Shown: positions 37,438 through 48,070 of the stretch, in pieces
Layout: every line of letters begins with the position of its first letter
Numbering within the stretch: position 1 is the stretch's first letter
NCBI GenBank assembly: GCA_944332435.1
Contig: CALVJW010000004.1
Coordinates: 1-60,904 of the forward strand
Length of the DNA: 60,904 nucleotides
DNA from: an uncultured Bacilli bacterium
Lineage (GTDB): Bacteria > Bacillota_I > Bacilli_A > RF39 > UBA660
Direction of reading: 5' to 3'
Notes under the pieces: generated by a model
Seen by the model: only the letters and a program-made list of their open reading frames with translations
What the model was told of the DNA's origin: nothing
The model's database searches: none
Made by a program: the position numbers and the translations under genes

Positions 37438-37863
37438 ATGAATAAAAGAGGTCTTATTATTCAAAAAGAAAAAACAATTTCGTTTGATGAAACGGTAGGA
37501 CATATTTTAAATTTAGAAAATATTATACGTGAAAATTATCCTGAATTAGAAGAGTATATTGCACTTACGACTAATGTAGGATTATGCATTGCAATTACAA
37601 ATACAGATGATATTGTGATTAAAACAGCATTTTATGATGGGGACTATCATTCTTTTGCTATCTATTTACCAGAAGATTTAAGCCAATTAACTGATTATCA
37701 AAATGAAACATTATTAAATCTTTTACCTGATATGAAGGGAATTGTAGAAGCTGTAAGTTATAAAAAGATAGATTCTTTTGATGGAGAAGATATTCCATAC
37801 ACACAAGCTGAATTAACACAAGTTCTTACTGAAAATTTAAAAAATAAGAAAGTTAGAAAGTAA
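37438..37863 (+). CDS. Hypothetical protein (141 aa)
   Basis: ORF with a GGGGGG RBS; no recognisable motif. Confidence 0.5.
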   Translation: MNKRGLIIQKEKTISFDETVGHILNLENIIRENYPELEEYIALTTNVGLCIAITNTDDIVIKTAFYDGDYHSFAIYLPEDLSQLTDYQNETLLNLLPDMKGIVEAVSYKKIDSFDGEDIPYTQAELTQVLTENLKNKKVRK

Positions 37864-37922
37864 AAAGTTGCTTTCTATTTTTTTGGTTTTATTGTATAAT
37901 AAGAATACTTGGATGTGATACG

Positions 37923-38657
37923 ATGGATTGTAAAATAACAATTGATAATTTTGAAGGACCACTAGATTTATTATTACATTTGATTAAACAAAGTGATATT
38001 GATATCGCTGATATCAGTATTTTAGAAATTACAAAACAATATTTAGCGTATATTGAAGAACAAGAAAAAATGAATTTAAATATTGCTAGTGAATATTTAG
38101 TAATGGCCGCAACTTTAATTGAAATGAAATCACATATTCTTCTTCCAAGAAGAAAACAAGAAGATGAGGAAGAAGTAGAAGAAGATCCAAGAGAAGCGTT
38201 AATTAGTCGCTTAATTGAATATAAGAAATATAAAGAAATGACAAAGTCATTTAGAGAATTAGAAGAAGAAAGAAATACCATTTATACGAAATTGCCAGAA
38301 GATTTAAAAGGATTTCAAGATTCTAATATGACTTATGATGGTGATGTTGATTTATGTGATTTATTAACGGCATTTCAAAATTTCTTAAATCGTAAAAATT
38401 TAGAAAAGCCTTTAGCGACAAAAGTAACAAAAAAAGAATTGTCTGTTAGTAAAAGAAATAATGAAATTAGAAACTTATTAAAACAAAAGAAAAAAGTAGA
38501 ATTTGAAGAATTATTTGAAGTTTATAATAAAGAATATGTTGTTGTTACCTTTTTATCAATTTTAGATTTAGCAAAAAAACAGGAATTAAAAATTACACAA
38601 GATACAAATTTTAGTAAGATTTATATTATGGCTAAGGATGGTGTACAAGATGAATAA
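37923..38657 (+). CDS. scpA: Segregation and condensation protein A
   Basis: 'FEGPLDLLLHLIK...I.I.DISI..IT.QYL.YI' is the canonical ScpA N-terminus. Confidence 0.9.
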   Translation: MDCKITIDNFEGPLDLLLHLIKQSDIDIADISILEITKQYLAYIEEQEKMNLNIASEYLVMAATLIEMKSHILLPRRKQEDEEEVEEDPREALISRLIEYKKYKEMTKSFRELEEERNTIYTKLPEDLKGFQDSNMTYDGDVDLCDLLTAFQNFLNRKNLEKPLATKVTKKELSVSKRNNEIRNLLKQKKKVEFEELFEVYNKEYVVVTFLSILDLAKKQELKITQDTNFSKIYIMAKDGVQDE

Positions 38658-39210
38658 GAAAGCAGTATTAGAAGGACTATTATTTTTAAGTGGTAGTGAA
38701 GGTTTATCTCTTGATACCATTTGTACTATTTTAGAAATAACAGATAAAGAAGCGAGCGAACTAATTACTACTTTTACGGAAGAATTAAAAAAGGAAGACC
38801 GTGGTTTACAATTAGAATATTTTGGGAATCATTTAAAATTAACAACGAAAAAAGAACATAAATCGTATTATGAAAAATTAGTAGAAGTAGAAAAAAACAC
38901 CGAACTTTCTCAAGCTGCATTGGAAACCTTAGCAATCATTGCTTATAATGAGCCTCTTACTAGAGTAGCCGTGGATGAAATTAGAGGTGTAAATTGTGGC
39001 CACTTAATTCGTAAATTAGTGAGTATGGATTTAATTTGTGAATGTGGTAGAGCAGATACTCCAGGACGCCCTGTTTTATATAAAACAACAAAAGAATTCT
39101 TAGACCATTTTGGTTTAGCAAAAATTGAAGATTTACCAAAAATAGATGAAATAGAAGTAGAAGAACAAGATGAAACAGATTTATTTGAAACAAAATATAA
39201 AGAACAATAG
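38650..39210 (+). CDS. scpB: Segregation and condensation protein B
   Basis: 'LEGLLFLSG.EGLSL' and 'AALETLAIIAYNEPLTR..VDEIRGV', directly after scpA. Confidence 0.9.
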   Translation: MNKKAVLEGLLFLSGSEGLSLDTICTILEITDKEASELITTFTEELKKEDRGLQLEYFGNHLKLTTKKEHKSYYEKLVEVEKNTELSQAALETLAIIAYNEPLTRVAVDEIRGVNCGHLIRKLVSMDLICECGRADTPGRPVLYKTTKEFLDHFGLAKIEDLPKIDEIEVEEQDETDLFETKYKEQ

Positions 39211-39255
39211 TTGCTTATATGAATAAAATCTGTTATAATGAATTTGTTCTTATTT

Positions 39256-39341
39256 GCCAGCCTGGCGGAATGGTAGACGCAGTGGATTCAAAATCCACCG
39301 ATAGTGATATCATAAGGGTTCAAGTCCCTTGGCTGGTACCA
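39256..39341 (+). tRNA. tRNA-Leu (anticodon CAA), with encoded CCA
   Basis: Folded by hand. Acceptor GCCAGCC/GGCTGGT, anticodon stem GTGGA/TCCAC with loop TTCAAAA, long variable arm, T arm AAGGG-TTCAAGT-CCCTT, discriminator A then CCA. Hairpin terminator at about 39352..39382. Confidence 0.9.
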
Positions 39342-39604
39342 AAATGAAATGAAAACTAATCCAACAATGGATTAGTTTTTTTATTTGACAAACCACAGAC
39401 TATTTATTATATTATAAATAGAGAGTAAGTGATGATATGGAAGTAGGAATTGATATTGAACAACAAATTATTTATGGAAAAAATCATTTTAACGTCAATG
39501 AAAAATCTTTTAGTGATTATCAATTATCACCGTATGAGATAATAAATTTGTGTTATCTCAGTTCCAATCCAATGGTAAAACAAAAGTAATAGGAGGAGTA
39601 TAAA

Positions 39605-40021
39605 ATGAAAAAATTAACAAAAACGGCTTTTATTTATGCAATTATTGCTATGATATCAGGAGTAATCTATCGGGAGGGAAGTAAATTTTTAGAAGTGACA
39701 GAACCAACTACATGGTCATTTACGCATACCCATTTCTTTGTTTTAGGAATGTTCTTCTTTTTAATCGTATTGGTAATAGAAAAAAATTTCCATATTATGA
39801 AAGATAAAAAGTTTCATCAATTTTATTGTATTTATAATACGGGCCTTATCATAACTGGTATTATGTTATGGGTAAGAGGTGCAGTTGATATCACAGGAAA
39901 TATACCAACTATGTATGATAAGATGATTAGCGGAGTGAGTGGAATCGGACATATTCTATTAGGAATTGGTATTATCTTATTTTTTATAATTTTAAATCGA
40001 CAAATAAAAGAAGAAAAATAG
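39605..40021 (+). CDS. Small four-TM membrane protein (possibly DUF2871-like)
   Basis: AGGAGG RBS and four hydrophobic helices. 'GVIYREGSKF' resembles the DUF2871 N-terminal motif (weak memory). Confidence 0.5.
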   Translation: MKKLTKTAFIYAIIAMISGVIYREGSKFLEVTEPTTWSFTHTHFFVLGMFFFLIVLVIEKNFHIMKDKKFHQFYCIYNTGLIITGIMLWVRGAVDITGNIPTMYDKMISGVSGIGHILLGIGIILFFIILNRQIKEEK

Positions 40022-40091
40022 AATATAAACGTAGTTTTCTATTTGACAAAATATAAACTATTCGATATCCTAATAATAGGAGGATAGAAGT

Positions 40092-40775
40092 ATGGAATAC
40101 AAAGTAATAGGGCAAACAGTACCAATGGTAGAACTTACTATGAATGCTGGGGAAAGTGTGTATACACAAAGTGGAGGAATGACGTATCAAACCGACGGAA
40201 TTCAAATGAGTACCAATACAAAAGGTGGAATATTAAAAGGATTAGGTCGTGCGCTTGCCGGAGAATCAATTTTTATGGCTACTTATCAAGCAACTATGAA
40301 TAATGCTAAAATTGCATTTGCATCAACAGTACCAGGAAATATTATTCCGTTAAATTTAGCTCAAATGCCAAATGGTTTTATTATTCAAAAAGGGTCATTT
40401 TTATGTGCTACTAGTGGAGTAGACACAAAAATTACTTTTTCTAAAAGATTTAGCAGTGGCTTTTTTGGTGGAGAAGGATTTATTTTACAAAAAGCACAAG
40501 GAAATGGAACACTATTTATGGAAATAGATGGAGATTCCATTATCAAAGATTTACAACCAGGAGAAATTTTAAAAGTAGATACTGGTAACATAGTAGGATT
40601 TGAACCTAGTGTATCTTACGAAGTAGAAATGGTAAAAGGACTTGGAAATATTTTCTTGGGTGGAGAAGGTTTATTCCTTACGAAATTAGTAGGACCAGGA
40701 AAAGTTGTTTTACAAAGTCAAAATTTTGCCGATTTTGCTGGTCGCATTAAACCATTTGTAGGAAATAAAGATTAG
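40092..40775 (+). CDS. TIGR00266/AIM24 (DUF124) family protein
   Basis: 'MEYKVIG...PMVELTMNAGESVYTQSGGM', 227 aa, with Gly-rich repeats 'GGEGF' and 'GGEGLF'. Confidence 0.7.
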   Translation: MEYKVIGQTVPMVELTMNAGESVYTQSGGMTYQTDGIQMSTNTKGGILKGLGRALAGESIFMATYQATMNNAKIAFASTVPGNIIPLNLAQMPNGFIIQKGSFLCATSGVDTKITFSKRFSSGFFGGEGFILQKAQGNGTLFMEIDGDSIIKDLQPGEILKVDTGNIVGFEPSVSYEVEMVKGLGNIFLGGEGLFLTKLVGPGKVVLQSQNFADFAGRIKPFVGNKD

Positions 40776-40844
40776 ATGCTTAAAAGCATCTTTTTTCTTG
40801 TATGAATTTTAAAATTTATACAATACTAATGGTGAGGTGAAAAT

Positions 40845-41276
40845 ATGGAATTAACATTAGTACATAAAATTTACAAAGATTCTGATATGGCAATTGAAAC
40901 GTTGAAAACATTAGAAAGTGAATTAAAAAAGTATAGTGAAGAAATGTTAGAAACAGTAATTCATATTAGAAAAGGGTATGAACGTTATAAAAGGAAAGCG
41001 TCAGATATTTTAAAAAAAGAAAAACTAGGTCTTGATAAAGTTGGGGAGGTAACGAAGATGATGGCTGATAATGGAGTAAAACGAAAAATAAAACATCGCC
41101 ATAGTGAATCAGGAGTAGCATCGATGTTAATTAAAGGACTACATATGGGAGTAAAAGATATAGATCATGAACTTGATTGTTTGAAAGATGATGTAGATAA
41201 AAAAAGTATTGAATTAGCAAGAGATTTTTTAGTATTTCAAAAAGATAATATCACTTCTTTAAAACCTTATTTATAA
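40845..41276 (+). CDS. Hypothetical helical protein (143 aa)
   Basis: ORF with a GGTGAGGTG RBS; no recognisable motif. Confidence 0.5.
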   Translation: MELTLVHKIYKDSDMAIETLKTLESELKKYSEEMLETVIHIRKGYERYKRKASDILKKEKLGLDKVGEVTKMMADNGVKRKIKHRHSESGVASMLIKGLHMGVKDIDHELDCLKDDVDKKSIELARDFLVFQKDNITSLKPYL

Positions 41277-41428
41277 AAGGCTATCTTTTGGTAGTCTTTT
41301 TTGATACAATACGAAATGAAATGTAAGAAAAATTAATACGTTTTATGGAATATTTTAAGTATAAATATTATTTTTTGATATGGATATGAAGTAAGATGAA
41401 TGAATAAATTGTTGAAGCTTAGTTCTTA

Positions 41429-41457
41429 TTGACATAAAAACAAATGTTCGATACAAT
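41429..41457 (+). promoter_or_regulatory. Sigma-A-type promoter TTGACA-17-TACAAT with an embedded LexA (Cheo-box)-like site AAACAAATGTTC
   Basis: -35 at 41429..41434 and -10 at 41452..41457. 41438..41449 matches GAAC-N4-GTTC at 7 of 8 specified positions. Lies upstream of uvrA. Confidence 0.45.
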
Positions 41458-41515
41458 AATGATGTGATTAAAACAAATTAGTTTGTGGTATAATAACGAA
41501 TAAGTGGGTGATATT

Positions 41516-44326
41516 ATGGATAAAATTATTGTAAAAGGTGCTAGAGTAAATAATCTAAAGAATATTGATATTGAACTACCAAAAGATAAATTAATTGTTA
41601 TGACGGGAGTATCTGGTAGTGGGAAAAGTAGTCTTGCTTTTGATACGATTTATGCAGAAGGACAAAGACGTTATGTAGAAAGTTTAAGTGCTTATGCTAG
41701 ACAATTTTTAGGTGGTAGTGAAAAACCGGATGTTGATAGTATTGAAGGATTATCACCAGCAATTAGTATTGATCAAAAAACAACAAATAAAAATCCACGA
41801 AGTACGGTTGGTACTGTAACGGAAATTTATGATTATTTACGATTATTATATGCTCGTGTAGGGATACCTTATTGTCCAATTCATCATATCCCAATTAGTA
41901 GTCAAAGTATTGAAGAGATGACCAATCAAATCTTGAATTTGGAAGAAAGAACGAAAATCCGCGTATTAGCGCCAGTAGTTCATGGTGAAAAAGGGACACA
42001 TAAAGATTTATTAGAAAAATTAAAAAAAGAAGGGTATGTTCGTGTAATTGTCGATGAAGAAGAACATGACTTAGAAGAAGATATTACGTTAGAGAAAAAC
42101 AAGAAACATAGTATTGAGGTAGTAATCGATCGATTAATTATTAAAGAGGGAATTCGAAGTCGTTTATATGATTCCATTGAGACAGCTGCAAAACTTACTC
42201 ATGGTAAAGTAGTAATTGACGTTGTTGGTGACAAAAAAATTGTCATGAGTGAAAAATATGCTTGTCCTCATTGTGACTTTTCTTTACCTGAATTAGAACC
42301 AAGAATGTTTTCTTTTAATGCTCCATATGGTGCTTGTGAAGATTGTAAAGGACTTGGTATCAAGTTAAAAGTGGATGAAGATTTAATTGTACCTGATAAA
42401 AATTTAAGTATTAATGACGGTGCAATTGTTTCTTTAAATATAAAAGATGAAAGTAATATCAATTATACAGAGTTATTTACAACTTGTCAGTTTTATCAAA
42501 TAGACATGAATGTACCTTTTAAAGAGTTAAAGAGAAAAGATATCGAAATATTATTCTATGGTTCTTCTGATGATATTGAATTTCATTATGTATCAAAATC
42601 CGGTAATACTAGAAGTGTAAAACGTCCTTATGAAGGAATTATTACGAATCTAGAACGTCGTTATATGGAAACAAAAAGTGGATGGATTCGTGAATGGATT
42701 GAAAATTTCATGACAGAACTTCCATGTCCAACTTGTCATGGGGCCAGATTAAATGATTCAGTATTATCGGTATTAGTTGGTGATAAAAATATATACGAAG
42801 TAACTAAGATGAGTATTGGCGATTTACATACGTTTTTCAATTCTTTGACATTATCACAAGAGCAACAAGAAATTTCTCGTTTAATATTAAAAGAGATTGA
42901 TTCACGTTTACGTTTTTTAATTAATGTTGGGTTAGAGTATTTAACATTAAATCGTAGTGCAGGAACATTATCTGGAGGAGAAGCACAACGAATTCGTTTA
43001 GCAACACAAATTGGCTCACGCTTAACTGGAGTATTATATGTATTAGATGAACCAAGTATTGGACTCCATCAACGTGATAACAATCGATTGATTGAGTCGA
43101 TGTTAGAAATGCGTGATTTAGGAAATACTTTGATTGTAGTAGAACATGATACCGATACGATGCTAGCAAGTGACTATTTGGTAGATATTGGACCACGTGC
43201 TGGAAGTCATGGGGGAGAAGTAGTTGCCGCCGGAACTCCAGAAGAAGTAATGAAAAATAAAAACAGTTTAACTGGTAAATATTTAACTGGAGAACTTAAA
43301 ATTGAAGTGCCAAAAACAAGAAGAAAAGGAAATAAAAAATATTTAGAAGTAAAAGGTGCGAAAGAAAATAACTTGAAAAATATTAATGTTAAAATTCCAC
43401 TTGGAACATTTACTTGTGTAACCGGAGTATCTGGTAGTGGAAAATCAACATTGGTTAATGAAATTATTTATAAAGCGGTATCGAATCATTTATATAAAAA
43501 TAAAGAAAAACCAGGACTACATAAAGAAATTAAGGGTCTTGAAAATATTGATAAAGTAATTGATATTTCACAAACGCCAATTGGTCGTACCCCACGAAGT
43601 AATCCCGCAACGTATACTGGTGTATTTGATGATATCCGAGACGTATTTACTAGTACGAAAGAAGCAAAAATGCGTGGATATGATAAAGGAAGATTTTCAT
43701 TTAATGTCAAAGGTGGACGCTGTGAAGCATGTTGGGGTGATGGCGTTAAGAAAATTGAAATGCACTTCTTACCAGATGTTTATGTACCTTGTGAAGTATG
43801 TGGTGGAACTAGATATAATAGAGAAACTTTGGAAATTAAATATAAAGGAAAAAGTATTTATGATGTGTTAGAAATGACAGTAGAAGAAGCACTTGAATTT
43901 TTTGAAAATATTCCAAAAGTAAAAAATAAATTACAAATGCTTATGGATGTAGGACTTAGTTATGTAAAATTAGGTCAAAGTGCGCCAACTTTATCAGGTG
44001 GAGAAGCAGCCAGAGTAAAACTTGCGAAAGAGTTACAAAAGAAACCAACAGGAAAAAGTTTATTTATTTTAGATGAACCAACGACTGGATTACATACCGA
44101 TGATATTAAAAAATTACTTGTTATCTTAGAAAGAATTGTCGATAATGGTGATACCGTGCTTGTTATTGAACACAATTTAGATGTAATTAAAGTAGCAGAT
44201 TATATTATTGATTTAGGACCAGAAGGTGGAAACAATGGTGGTATGATTATTGCCAAAGGAACACCAGAAGAAATCGTTAAAGTAAAAGAAAGTTATACCG
44301 GAGAGTATTTAAAACCACTTTTATAA
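41516..44326 (+). CDS. uvrA: Excinuclease ABC subunit A
   Basis: '[14 protein letters not shown]', two ABC modules ('[10 protein letters not shown]', '[10 protein letters not shown]', 'LSGGE'), zinc-finger Cys pairs; about 936 aa. Confidence 0.95.
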   Translation: MDKIIVKGARVNNLKNIDIELPKDKLIVMTGVSGSGKSSLAFDTIYAEGQRRYVESLSAYARQFLGGSEKPDVDSIEGLSPAISIDQKTTNKNPRSTVGTVTEIYDYLRLLYARVGIPYCPIHHIPISSQSIEEMTNQILNLEERTKIRVLAPVVHGEKGTHKDLLEKLKKEGYVRVIVDEEEHDLEEDITLEKNKKHSIEVVIDRLIIKEGIRSRLYDSIETAAKLTHGKVVIDVVGDKKIVMSEKYACPHCDFSLPELEPRMFSFNAPYGACEDCKGLGIKLKVDEDLIVPDKNLSINDGAIVSLNIKDESNINYTELFTTCQFYQIDMNVPFKELKRKDIEILFYGSSDDIEFHYVSKSGNTRSVKRPYEGIITNLERRYMETKSGWIREWIENFMTELPCPTCHGARLNDSVLSVLVGDKNIYEVTKMSIGDLHTFFNSLTLSQEQQEISRLILKEIDSRLRFLINVGLEYLTLNRSAGTLSGGEAQRIRLATQIGSRLTGVLYVLDEPSIGLHQRDNNRLIESMLEMRDLGNTLIVVEHDTDTMLASDYLVDIGPRAGSHGGEVVAAGTPEEVMKNKNSLTGKYLTGELKIEVPKTRRKGNKKYLEVKGAKENNLKNINVKIPLGTFTCVTGVSGSGKSTLVNEIIYKAVSNHLYKNKEKPGLHKEIKGLENIDKVIDISQTPIGRTPRSNPATYTGVFDDIRDVFTSTKEAKMRGYDKGRFSFNVKGGRCEACWGDGVKKIEMHFLPDVYVPCEVCGGTRYNRETLEIKYKGKSIYDVLEMTVEEALEFFENIPKVKNKLQMLMDVGLSYVKLGQSAPTLSGGEAARVKLAKELQKKPTGKSLFILDEPTTGLHTDDIKKLLVILERIVDNGDTVLVIEHNLDVIKVADYIIDLGPEGGNNGGMIIAKGTPEEIVKVKESYTGEYLKPLL

Positions 44327-44555
44327 TAGAAAGGAAATTGGTATCTTGTAATTAATAAAGATGGTAGCTATTATTCTAATATTTATAGTATTGATCCTAG
44401 AGCACATGTGGAATATGAAAAAATATTAGAAACGATAGTGCTAGAAAAAGAACCTGTTTTAGTAAAAAAATAAACGACAAAGATGAAAATAGAGTTTTAC
44501 TCTATTTTTATTTTCTATTTTATTATATAATGAAATTATAGAAAGAAGGTAGGGT

Positions 44556-45113
44556 ATGCAATTTGAAATTGTGACGACAGAAGAAAAATTAAAGAAACAT
44601 TTTGAGCGAGACTATCGAGCTTTGAGTATGGTGTGTTTATTTATGTATACCATTATTGTTTTTGCCCTTTGTTCTAGTTTCATTCAAACTGATTTTGGAA
44701 ATGTGATGAAATATTATTTGATTGGGCTCATTATTTTAGCTGTTTTCTTATATATTCTTACCAAAGTAACAATACGAATCAGTTTATATATGTTAAAACA
44801 TGTTGTTCATTATAAATACGGAACATTTACGGAAGTAATTAATGAAAAAGGAATTACGGAAGTATTAGATGACGATGCAATTTCTTTAAAATGGAGTGAA
44901 GTAGGAAAAGTTGTAACAGCTTATAAATTTATTATTGTAAAACCAAAAGATAAAAAAGGTCCAAGTTTTTTATATCGTAAACAACATTTTAAAACAGAAG
45001 AAGAATACCAAGAGGTAGTTGCTACCATTCATAAATATTATCAATTATATATAGAGAAAGAAGGAAAGAAACATGACTGCACACATCGAAGCAAAAAAAG
45101 AAGAAATCGCTAA
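44556..45113 (+). CDS. Hypothetical membrane protein (two TM helices plus a soluble C-terminal domain)
   Basis: ORF with a GAAGGTAGGG RBS. The 3' end overlaps deoD by 41 nt. Confidence 0.5.
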   Translation: MQFEIVTTEEKLKKHFERDYRALSMVCLFMYTIIVFALCSSFIQTDFGNVMKYYLIGLIILAVFLYILTKVTIRISLYMLKHVVHYKYGTFTEVINEKGITEVLDDDAISLKWSEVGKVVTAYKFIIVKPKDKKGPSFLYRKQHFKTEEEYQEVVATIHKYYQLYIEKEGKKHDCTHRSKKRRNR

Positions 45114-45780
45114 AACAGTGATTATGCCAGGAGATCCATTACGTGCTAAAAAAGTAGCAGAAACTTATTTGAAAGATTATAAATTAGTAAGTAAAGTACG
45201 TAATATTTATGCTTATACTGGAACCTATAAAGGAAAAGAAGTAACGATTATGGCATCTGGAATGGGAATGCCTAGTATGGGAATTTATTCTTATGAACTA
45301 TATAAATTTTATGATGTTGAAAATATTATACGTGTTGGCACAGCAGGTAGTTATGTGAAAGATTTAAATGTATATGATGTATTATTAGTAGACGAATGTT
45401 ATAGTGATTCTAGTTTTGCTAAAGTACAAAATCATAGTTTAGAGCATACTATTTTTGCTTCTAAAGAATTAAATCAGGTAATAAAAAATATTGCAATGGA
45501 ACAGAATATTTCTCTTAAAACAGGAAAAGTATATAGTAGTGACGTATTTTATAAAGAGAATGATGATTTTAAGGAAATTGTAGAGAAAGAACATTGTGTA
45601 GCATGTGAAATGGAATCGTTTGCGTTGTTTCATAATGCCAATGTTTTGAAAAAACAAGCAACCTGTTTACTTACTATTTCGAACCATTTTATTACAGGAG
45701 AAGAGACAACAAGTGAAGAGCGAGAAAATGAATTTATGAAGATGATGGAATTAGCACTAGAAACGAGTTTAAAACTATGA
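45073..45780 (+). CDS. deoD: Purine nucleoside phosphorylase, DeoD type
   Basis: 'HIEAKKEEIAKTVIMPGDPLRAK' and 'GMGMPSMGIYSYEL', with 'CEMES' near the C-terminus. Confidence 0.9.
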   Translation: MTAHIEAKKEEIAKTVIMPGDPLRAKKVAETYLKDYKLVSKVRNIYAYTGTYKGKEVTIMASGMGMPSMGIYSYELYKFYDVENIIRVGTAGSYVKDLNVYDVLLVDECYSDSSFAKVQNHSLEHTIFASKELNQVIKNIAMEQNISLKTGKVYSSDVFYKENDDFKEIVEKEHCVACEMESFALFHNANVLKKQATCLLTISNHFITGEETTSEERENEFMKMMELALETSLKL

Positions 45781-46745
45781 TGGATTATTTAAAAAAATTA
45801 CCGAAAGTCGAATTACATGTTCACTTTGATGGTTCTGTTCGTCCAACTACAGCAAGTGAATTATTAGGTCAACCATTATCTGATGTAAAAGAAGCAATGA
45901 TGGCACCTAGTACTTGTCATAGTTTAACCGAATATTTAAAACGCTTTGATTTACCAATTTCTTTATTACAAACTAAGGAAAATATTATTAGAATTGCTCG
46001 TGAATTAGCACTTGATTTAAAAGATGATGGTGTTATTTATGCAGAAATTCGTTTTTGTCCTTTATTTCATACACAACAAGGATTATCGAAAGAAGAAGTA
46101 GTAGAAGCCGTATTAGAAGGATTATCTACTGTTGATTTAAAAACCAATCTTATTTTGTGTATGATGCGTCATTTCTCCTTTGAACAAAATTTGGAAGTGA
46201 TTTCATTAGCAGAAAAATATTTATATCGCGGTGTTTGTGCACTAGATTTAGCAGGAGATGAAGCAAATTTTCCAACTGGTCAGTTTGCCCCATTATTTGA
46301 AGTAATTCGGGAAAAACAAATTCCTTATACCATTCATGCTGGAGAGGCAGCTGGAATGGAAAGTGTAAAAAGTGCGCTAGCATTTAAAACGAATCGTTTA
46401 GGACATGGCATTCATATAATTGATGATTTAAATTTTGCAAAACAATATGAAAATAAGAATATTATGTTAGAAATATGTCCAACTAGTAATGTTCAGACAA
46501 AAGCTGTTTCTAGTTATCAAAATCATCCGATTAAAACATTATTTTCATTAGGATATCCGGTATCTATTAATACGGATAATCGAACGGTATCTAATATTAC
46601 ACTTACGAAAGAATATGAGCTACTGCAAAAACATTTTGGTTTTACAGAAAAAGAGTTTCAAACAATAAATTTGCAAGCAATTGAATATTCTTTTTTAAAA
46701 CAAGAAGAGAAAGATGAAATCATAAAAACAATAAAAAAAATGTAA
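45777..46745 (+). CDS. add: Adenosine deaminase
   Basis: 'LPKVELHVHFDGSVRP', 'HAGE' and 'SINTDN'. Confidence 0.9.
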   Translation: MMDYLKKLPKVELHVHFDGSVRPTTASELLGQPLSDVKEAMMAPSTCHSLTEYLKRFDLPISLLQTKENIIRIARELALDLKDDGVIYAEIRFCPLFHTQQGLSKEEVVEAVLEGLSTVDLKTNLILCMMRHFSFEQNLEVISLAEKYLYRGVCALDLAGDEANFPTGQFAPLFEVIREKQIPYTIHAGEAAGMESVKSALAFKTNRLGHGIHIIDDLNFAKQYENKNIMLEICPTSNVQTKAVSSYQNHPIKTLFSLGYPVSINTDNRTVSNITLTKEYELLQKHFGFTEKEFQTINLQAIEYSFLKQEEKDEIIKTIKKM

Positions 46746-46786
46746 GAAAAAATAAAAAATACGTATACTAAAAAAGAGGTGATAAC

Positions 46787-48070
46787 GTGGTTTATATCAA
46801 AAAAGATAATGTTGCTTATAATTTACATATTATCAAGACGAAAAAGTTTAAAACGGTTTCCATTCATGTTAATTTTAAAAGAAAATTTACAAAAGAAGGA
46901 ATTACATTACGAAATTTATTAGGCGAAGTATTATTAGAATCTACGAAAAAATATCCCACAAGAAGAGATATTATTCTAGAAAAAGAAAATTTATATCATG
47001 CCAATTTCTTGTATCAATCTGTTCGTTCTGGAAATTATGCAGTATTAGAATTTCGAGCTAGTTTTTTAAACGATGAATATACAGAAGAAGGAAATGCTAA
47101 ACAAGCGATTGAGTTTTTAAATGAAATTATTTTTCATCCTAATATCTTAAATGATGAATTTGAGGCAACTTCTTTTTTGCGTAGTAAAAATGTTTTAAAA
47201 GAACAAATTGAATCAGCAGTAGAAACACCTAGAAGATATGCAACAAAACGTTTTTTAGAAGAATTTTATCCAAATAGTGTATTTCAGTACATGGGACCAG
47301 GTTATATAAAAGACTTAGAAGCAATTAGTGCGAAATCATTATATGAATATTATAATAGTGTTTTAAATAGTGATTTTGTTGATGTATTTGTTTGTGGCGA
47401 TGTGGATGAAAAAGAAATTGAAGAATTATTCAAAAATCGTTTTGCAATTAAAACGGTCAAAAAGAAAACAGAATCGCATCTTATTATCAATGAGAAAATT
47501 CGAAAACGAGCAAAAATTGTAACAGAGCCAAAACAAATGCAACAAAGTATTTTAATGATTGGATGTAAACTTCCAAAACTAACTGATTATGAAAGGAAAT
47601 ATGTTGGTCGACTTTATAGTTATATTTTAGGTGGTGGAGCAGAGTCATTATTATTTCAAAATGTACGGGAAAAACATTCTCTTTGTTACACCATTCATTC
47701 TACTTTTTCTAGTGTCGATAATAACTTAATTATTCAGTCAGGAATCGATGCCAAAAATGCAAAGAAAGCAATTTCCTTAATAAAAAAATCAATGAAAGAA
47801 ATTGCTTCAGGAAAATTTGCTGAGCAAATGATTGATTTCTTTAGACTTGTTAATCAGACGGTACGAAAAGAGATACTTGATTCACCAGTAGGAATAATTA
47901 ATTTGTATCGTAATCATGAATATGTTGGAACTGATTTATTAGATAAGATGGAAGAAGAACAAGCAAAATTAACGAAAGAAGATGTTATGAAATTTGCCAG
48001 TTTAGTAAAAATTGATACGATTTATTTATTAGAAGGAGGGATGAAAATTGAAGAAGTTAACCCTCAATAA
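46787..48070 (+). CDS. M16 (pitrilysin) family protein, non-catalytic member of pair 2
   Basis: GTG start behind AAAGAGGTGATAA. 427 aa, no HxxEH motif, overlaps the next M16 gene by 23 nt. Confidence 0.6.
   Translation: MVYIKKDNVAYNLHIIKTKKFKTVSIHVNFKRKFTKEGITLRNLLGEVLLESTKKYPTRRDIILEKENLYHANFLYQSVRSGNYAVLEFRASFLNDEYTEEGNAKQAIEFLNEIIFHPNILNDEFEATSFLRSKNVLKEQIESAVETPRRYATKRFLEEFYPNSVFQYMGPGYIKDLEAISAKSLYEYYNSVLNSDFVDVFVCGDVDEKEIEELFKNRFAIKTVKKKTESHLIINEKIRKRAKIVTEPKQMQQSILMIGCKLPKLTDYERKYVGRLYSYILGGGAESLLFQNVREKHSLCYTIHSTFSSVDNNLIIQSGIDAKNAKKAISLIKKSMKEIASGKFAEQMIDFFRLVNQTVRKEILDSPVGIINLYRNHEYVGTDLLDKMEEEQAKLTKEDVMKFASLVKIDTIYLLEGGMKIEEVNPQ

Noticed and set aside
44330-44472. Open frame directly after uvrA encoding ...GNWYLVINKDGSYYSNIYSIDPRAHVEYEKILETIVLEKEPVLVKK*
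   Set aside because: It has no ATG, GTG or TTG start with an RBS in that frame, and only about 45 codons are open. It may be a gene remnant, but I cannot assign a family. The overlapping 22-codon ATG ORF (MVAIILIFIVLILEH...) has no convincing RBS.
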